Part shown: one piece after another, positions 57,501 to 64,000 of the stretch
Layout of the letters: each line of letters begins with the position of its first letter
Position numbering within the stretch: the stretch's first letter is position 1
NCBI RefSeq assembly: GCF_015706575.1
Contig: NW_024037061.1
Location: 1,043,897-1,107,896 of the forward strand
Reading direction: 5' to 3'
DNA: 64,000 nucleotides
DNA from: Patiria miniata
Lineage: Eukaryota
Made by a program: the position numbers and the translations under genes
Notes under the pieces: generated by a model
The model's database searches: none
Told to the model about the DNA's origin: nothing
What the model saw: only the letters and a program-made list of their open reading frames with translations

Positions 57501-58094
57501 GTTTTTCTTGTCATTCTATTCAAAGTACGATACACCTTGTGTGTGTGTCACATTAATATTACACACAGCACATTAGACGTCCGCAAAAGGCGAACCCTTT
57601 TCAGCTGAATTCACAACTATCACAAATAGCCCAACTTTTTCGGGTCGCAAAAGTGGACCCCAATGTCGTTCTCGTGAGAAACATAAAAAAACGCCCAGTT
57701 TTGAAAGGATGGTTATGTGGACGTTTACATATCTTACTTTTGAATGTTCTTTCCGATTTAACATCATTTCGTTCGAAATGCATTTTGTAGCCTTTTTAAT
57801 TAGGCGCTTTCCAGAATGCAGTGTCCCTTTAACCAATACACGAACTGGTTTTTAATACTGTTGGTTCCACTGCAAAAATGTCTTCTAATCTAATTTTGTT
57901 CGCCGAAGTACTTTCATTTTGGCCCTACCATGAGATATTTCAGTGCCAGTTCTCTGCAGCATGGTCAGGACAGCAGCGTACTTGATCCGGTTCTTCGCCA
58001 TGGCGTCATAGTGGCGCTGGAAGGTGCTGTCTTCAAGGAAGAGCTTACGCCCCCTTCCACGCTGCTTGTCCCCTCCCCTTGAAGTGGGCGGCAT
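51265..58094 (-). CDS. RO60: Ro60 / TROVE2 ortholog, 9 coding exons coding for 546 aa. Minus-strand exons: 58094-57929, 57212-56947, 56287-56132, 55601-55381, 54458-54340, 54084-54000, 53522-53348, 52578-52421, 51559-51265.
   Basis: vWA MIDAS VVVIGDRSQSMS. LATTMTAVGGTAPAASLYP..VKTFIVVTDEEEN (compare human Ro60 SQIPAGGTDCSLPM..DVFIVFTDNETF). C-terminal KYHREVYPAKLVFV (compare REYRKKMDIPAKLIV). TROVE-region matches in the exons at 57212 and 56287. All nine junctions are GT-AG with continuous phase. The summed length of 546 aa is close to human 538 aa. Confidence 0.8.
51608..51950 (+). mobile_element. tRNA-derived SINE in the last RO60 intron.
   Basis: Head ggttcgtgtggtctagcc...gtgggttcgagccccgcc. 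Core gtgcccttgagtaaggcgctttacc is shared with 60640-60950. Confidence 0.5.
52421..52578 (-). CDS. RO60: RO60 exon 8.
   Basis: ttcttcag|GCGCTT ... AAAGTA|gtaagt. Confidence 0.8.
52730..53160. repeat. Minisatellite of about 64 bp x 6-7 in RO60 intron 7.
   Basis: Unit ccactgttgcatcttgttgcatttagcatggtaactgcatagtgccacg..atacaacagaat. Confidence 0.7.
53348..53522 (-). CDS. RO60: RO60 exon 7 (MIDAS DxSxS).
   Basis: ccttgcag|TGTTAC ... GAGGAG|gtaaag. Confidence 0.8.
54000..54084 (-). CDS. RO60: RO60 exon 6.
   Basis: ctgattatag|AAATGATG ... ATTAA|gtaagt. Confidence 0.75.
54340..54458 (-). CDS. RO60: RO60 exon 5.
   Basis: tttatag|GTACTATG ... GAGAGG|gtgaga. Confidence 0.75.
55381..55601 (-). CDS. 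RO60: RO60 exon 4.
   Basis: ttctcag|GACTTC ... CTATG|gtgagt. Confidence 0.75.
56132..56287 (-). CDS. RO60: RO60 exon 3.
   Basis: ttttttcag|GCTGGG ... TGCAAG|gtgaga. Confidence 0.75.
56947..57212 (-). CDS. RO60: RO60 exon 2.
   Basis: tttacag|CCTCAAAG ... CCCAAG|gtcggt. ORF 56938..57234. Confidence 0.75.
57929..58094 (-). CDS. RO60: RO60 exon 1.
   Basis: ATG at 58094-58092. Donor CATG|gtaggg. Its phase-1 end matches the CC start of exon 2. Confidence 0.55.
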
Positions 58095-60639
58095 TTTTAC
58101 TGCTTGATTGTCTCGACTTTGTATTTCAGTGAATCATCCTACAAAAGAAAGAGAAAAAGAAAGAAAGAAAAAAAACCGTGTTAACAAATAAATTGTCCCG
58201 CCCCTGTGTTAAGACTGTTTGATACCACACAGCAATTTTGGGCCCTAATTATACAGAACGCACAAATGTGTCCGGCAAATTATATTTCAGAGTTTACTTT
58301 CATCTATGATTGTGTGGTGCAGGGCCCTGTTCCTAGTAATATAACTTATATAATTTATAAGGGAACACAAAATTCACTTTTAAGGTAATTGACTTTAATA
58401 CCAAACTAGTTAGCGACATAACAAACCAACAGGTGTGCTATGGATAGAGGGCAGGGTTTTTTTTGGGGGGGGGGGAAAATTGGGGGGTAAAGCGAGGATG
58501 AAGATGACAAAATTCACAAAAGGCAACACAAAACTGGTGATCACCGGTAAAGCGAGGATGAAGATTGAAGATGACAAAATTCACAAAAGACAGCACTATT
58601 TGAACAGATAGAAATTAGAACTAGGCCTCATTTGATCAAGACAAAAAAGGGACCAGTCACTTCACAATCCACATAATATAACACAGGTTGACATGGTTGA
58701 GTACTGATTTAGAGTATACGCTGCAGTTATTTCGTGATAATTTCATACCGAGCAAAAGTCCAAACTAAAGTAGGCCTATTTGACAATACTCACGTCTAAC
58801 TCTAAAATCAGTCCATGACCAGCTCGTTGTTAGCGTCACCTTGTCATCTTTACAGTGTCATATCCAGAAGGAAATGAGATTTGCTCGGGAAATGACGAAG
58901 ATTTATAAGGAAACAACACACCGACACAGACTTGGAGCTTGACAGTTCAGTGACACAACGTTGTGCAATCATAACATTGCACAAACAAACGAATCGATAG
59001 CGTATCATCATATTAATGCACACGACAATATTGGAGTACACAAATGCCACTGCAACTAAACTGCGCATGACGGATGTGATGATCGGTTATGCAATCACAT
59101 CATCGGAGGGAAAAGTTGAAAATTTCGCGTGGTTGTGCAAGACGTAATACAATAATGCTGCTACCACAATGTGTAACCATGGGTACGTAAACTTGTGTAT
59201 TTACACTTTTCAGTTAAATACTAATATTATGACCTTATGCTTGCAACCTGTTAAACTTTCGCGAGTAATAATATGGTTGAATTTAGTAAATTTCAAAACC
59301 GATGGCGTCCGGAAATTGGGCACAAAATCGGCTGCGCCCGCGTTCCCATACAGAGTCATGTACACGCACGAGGCGCACTTGAAATTTAACAAATTCCCTG
59401 AAGTAAACATTAAAGAATTTCTCTAACATGGACACATTTTGATAAACTATTATTTTCTCCACTCACGTATCCAACTATAGTTTGTCTTTCTATAAGAAAA
59501 TTGATTTTCTAGCGGCCGGCGTATTTTTTTCTACTTAGGCCGGCCCAGGGCAGGCCGGCCGCGTGTTGTGCACCAATCGGCCTATAATATAGTCGTGTTC
59601 CCTAACGTGGCGCACTTCGAAGCTTACCCGACTTTCCTCGTGTAGTGTTGCCAAACCTCTTTGTTGACAAACCTCAAATTCATGCAATGAAATACTAGTA
59701 CTTTTACCTTATCAATGCTTGCTATTTTACCTCTGTGAACAATTTCAGTTTCATAAAATTTAATCCGAAATTCAAAAACGGTGGTGTCCGGAAATTGGGC
59801 ACAAATTGGCGGAGTGTTCCCTAACGTGGCGCACTTGAATAAATCTTGGACAATTCCAAATTAACACTTACGAATTCCTGTAAACTTGATAAATTCTGAT
59901 AAATAATTAATATCTTTACTTACATACCCAGCCAAATGTTTGTCAGAAAATTATTTTCTTATTTTTCAGGGCATTTTCAAAGGGTTCATTTTGCACTTGA
60001 AAATAAAATCGGAAAATCACGCCAAAATAGCTTTTCCTTCTAACTTTGTTACGAGTAAATAAACTCGCGATTTATGAACAGGACCGTTTAGAACTTGATG
60101 AAATTTCACTTTCTGTGAAACTTCAGTTAAAAATTTTGCTCTAGGTAGGCGCTACCGGCGAAAAATCCAAGTGCGCCACGTTAGGGGCCGCGCCACGTTA
60201 GGGTACATCAACAATACATAAATTATTGCGGGGAATTCGCGCCAAACATGCCAAAGTAAAATATCTCTCCGAGTTGTGTAACGGGTGGTGTAAACTCAAA
60301 GACTTATGAGCAGGAATGTTTACAGCTTGATGAAATTTCCTCAAAATTTGAGGTAAAACATTTGCTCTAGTTCAGTAGGCCAAAAATCGGTATGTCATGG
60401 GCATGGGCCGCGCCACGCTTTGAACCAGGTTTAAATGCAGGCCCCGGTTAATAAACACCCGTACATGTAATTATTTTTACACTTTCCAAATTTAAACGTG
60501 CAACATTGCCAGGGAGGGGTATAGGTATCCGGCGAAGTGCCGTAAACGTTCTTTTCATGTACTTTAAAGGGTTTAAGTTTTTTTCTGAGGGTAGCCCTAT
60601 GAGTATGAAAGCTAGTATTAGGCCTATAATGTCTCCCAA

Positions 60640-60950
60640 AAATATGATTACAGAATTGAGTGGGGGCTGTGGTCCGAGGGTTATGGTATTCAACTCGTGT
60701 GCCCTACGTGGTACGTGGGTTCGAATGTTGAGGGGGAACTTGGTGCTGGTGCTCTTGAGCAAGGCGCTAAATTTACCATTATTGCTTCGTCCTTTGGATG
60801 GGACGTAAAGCCGTAGTTCCCGTGTGTTGCGTAATGCAATGCACGTTAAATAACCATAACACTTATCGCAAAGAGAAGGGGTTTGCCCCGGTGTTTCTGG
60901 CAGTGGCACCTTGTGTACCCTTTATAGAACTGCTACACAATGGGTCTCGT
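60640..60950 (+). mobile_element. SINE copy of the same family as 51608-51950.
   Basis: gtgggttcgaatgttgag...ctcttgagcaaggcgctaaatttacc. Confidence 0.45.
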
Positions 60951-61913
60951 ATTTCTCATAGTCATAAACTTCTTTACCTGTCTTTAAAAATAGACATAAT
61001 TATACTAGCGCCTTTATAGTACCTTGTTGGTGGATATGTGTGCTATATAAGACTCCGGTATTATTATTATTATTATTATTATTAGAATAAAAATTAAATT
61101 ATAGAGACTATAGGCCGATTGTAGTATCAGATGTAAATTTATTTGACATGTCATATTCTATCATCTACTACTATTATGTATTAACTTTGTTTGTTTTTCA
61201 TCAGAAGCAAATTTGCATGCACATAGATATATGGTTTAAAGTCTATTTTTTTGGCTAATTTAAACAAAAAGGCATCATTCATAAACTTCATAATAAACAT
61301 TAAACGGCTGAAGGAGTTCGAAAATTATTTTAAAAACTGTTTAATTTTTAAATAACTAAGAAAACACAGAACAGAAAATGTATCTATAAATACACAAGTA
61401 ACGAAATTTGCAACGTGTTTCAACTTTCATCCGTATGTACAATGTATTCATTGAATGAACAATCTATATTTATGTTATTAAATTTTGTATCATTTCAAAA
61501 GCTTACGTTTGTTTATTGGTCATTAAAATACAACTTTAACAAGACCCTGTTTTCTTACCTTAAATAAAAGTTCAGTTTTACCTTTTAAATTTTGAACCGC
61601 ACGTAAGAGTTAGGACTGTATTAACTTGAATTTCCTTTAATTGCGCTTATAATTCTTACAATTTGACTAAGTTGGTGGCGTTTGTGCGCTTATGGTTGAG
61701 ACCAAATTTTAATGATGTCCCAGTCAGCTATTTGTTTTTAATATAGCAGATGGTCATACGTCTGATTGCGTTTCCAACAAGGAAATAATTATTGAAACGA
61801 TTAATGAAAATATAAAATTGGAAACAGTGTCTTTTTGTTTGATATGTATTGTAATTAGTAATATGCCCACCCCCCTGAAATATTTAAGGACAAAAATATA
61901 TCATATGATTGGT

Positions 61914-63650
<1,737 letters not shown>

Positions 63651-64000
63651 CTGTTGAGGAAGATTTGCACAAATCTCGTTAGAGATGCCTGATAACCAAA
63701 CACTTGGGCAAATAGTCGGATTGACGTTTACCTCTTCAAGCCAAGGTAAGATACTTTACATTTTTCCGGATTTTGTATCGTGTACAAGGGGAAGGCCTAT
63801 TCTATTGAATATCTCAGTTTTTTTGTGTACAGGTTTGCAACTGCGTAGGCCCAGTTAATACTATTGGAGTTCAGGGTTTATTTCATGCATATACGCAAGG
63901 AAGTCATTTTTTTGCTAGCATTCACCTACTTGAACACAGATTCGCACATGTTCGAGTCGGGCCCTGTGCTTATGCTATTGCACAATTTCTTTCTGTATGC

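Noticed and set aside
57885-58094. Reading 57885..58094(-) as an independent 69-aa protein ending at its in-frame stop.
   Set aside because: The consensus donor CATG|gtaggg at 57929 and the exact phase match to the next Ro60 exon make it far more likely Ro60 exon 1. The unspliced stop is intronic.

Overview
This window reads as metazoan (invertebrate-style) nuclear DNA, not a prokaryotic locus. Genes are split by GT-AG introns, and many SINEs, MITEs and minisatellites sit in the introns. Most six-frame ORFs are not genes, and the ORF tool also calls TTG/GTG as starts. Exon models were built by hand from splice sites, phase continuity and protein-family similarity.

Supportable genes:
- Holocarboxylase synthetase / biotin-protein ligase, 10 coding exons, + strand, 19867-37451.
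- An intronless fibrinogen-related (FReD) gene on the opposite strand, nested in an HLCS intron, 30809-31771.
- A monocarboxylate-transporter (SLC16) gene, 4 coding exons, + strand, 41040-46553.
- A secreted single-CTLD C-type lectin, 2 exons, - strand, 47641-48825.
- A Ro60/TROVE2 ortholog, 9 coding exons coding for about 546 aa, - strand, 51265-58094.
- The 3' end of an ABCC/MRP-type ABC transporter, - strand, 61914 to past 63650.
- A phase-consistent multi-exon fragment of an unidentified gene on the - strand, 240-2247, with a candidate first exon at 13253-13342.

The most unusual structure is a roughly 9.5 kb composite inverted-repeat (foldback-like) element at 2725-12263:
- Its arms are about 2.7 kb and about 99% identical.
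- Each arm holds a 430-bp-armed internal palindrome and 1.25-kb tandem sub-units.
- A roughly 75-bp terminal motif sits at both ends and recurs at the internal unit junctions.
- The 2.6-kb unique centre is almost entirely a compact two-exon gene (TATA box, signal peptide, 10 cysteines, poly(A) signals) for a small secreted Cys-rich protein I do not recognise.
- The whole element may lie inside the first intron of the unidentified - strand gene.

Other repeats include two distinct TTAA-flanked MITE families, a TAACCAGTT-TIR MITE family, a TTA-flanked MITE, two standalone perfect foldback elements, G/C-homopolymer inverted structures, several tRNA-derived SINEs, and a tandemly quadruplicated copy of the HLCS exon-9 donor junction.
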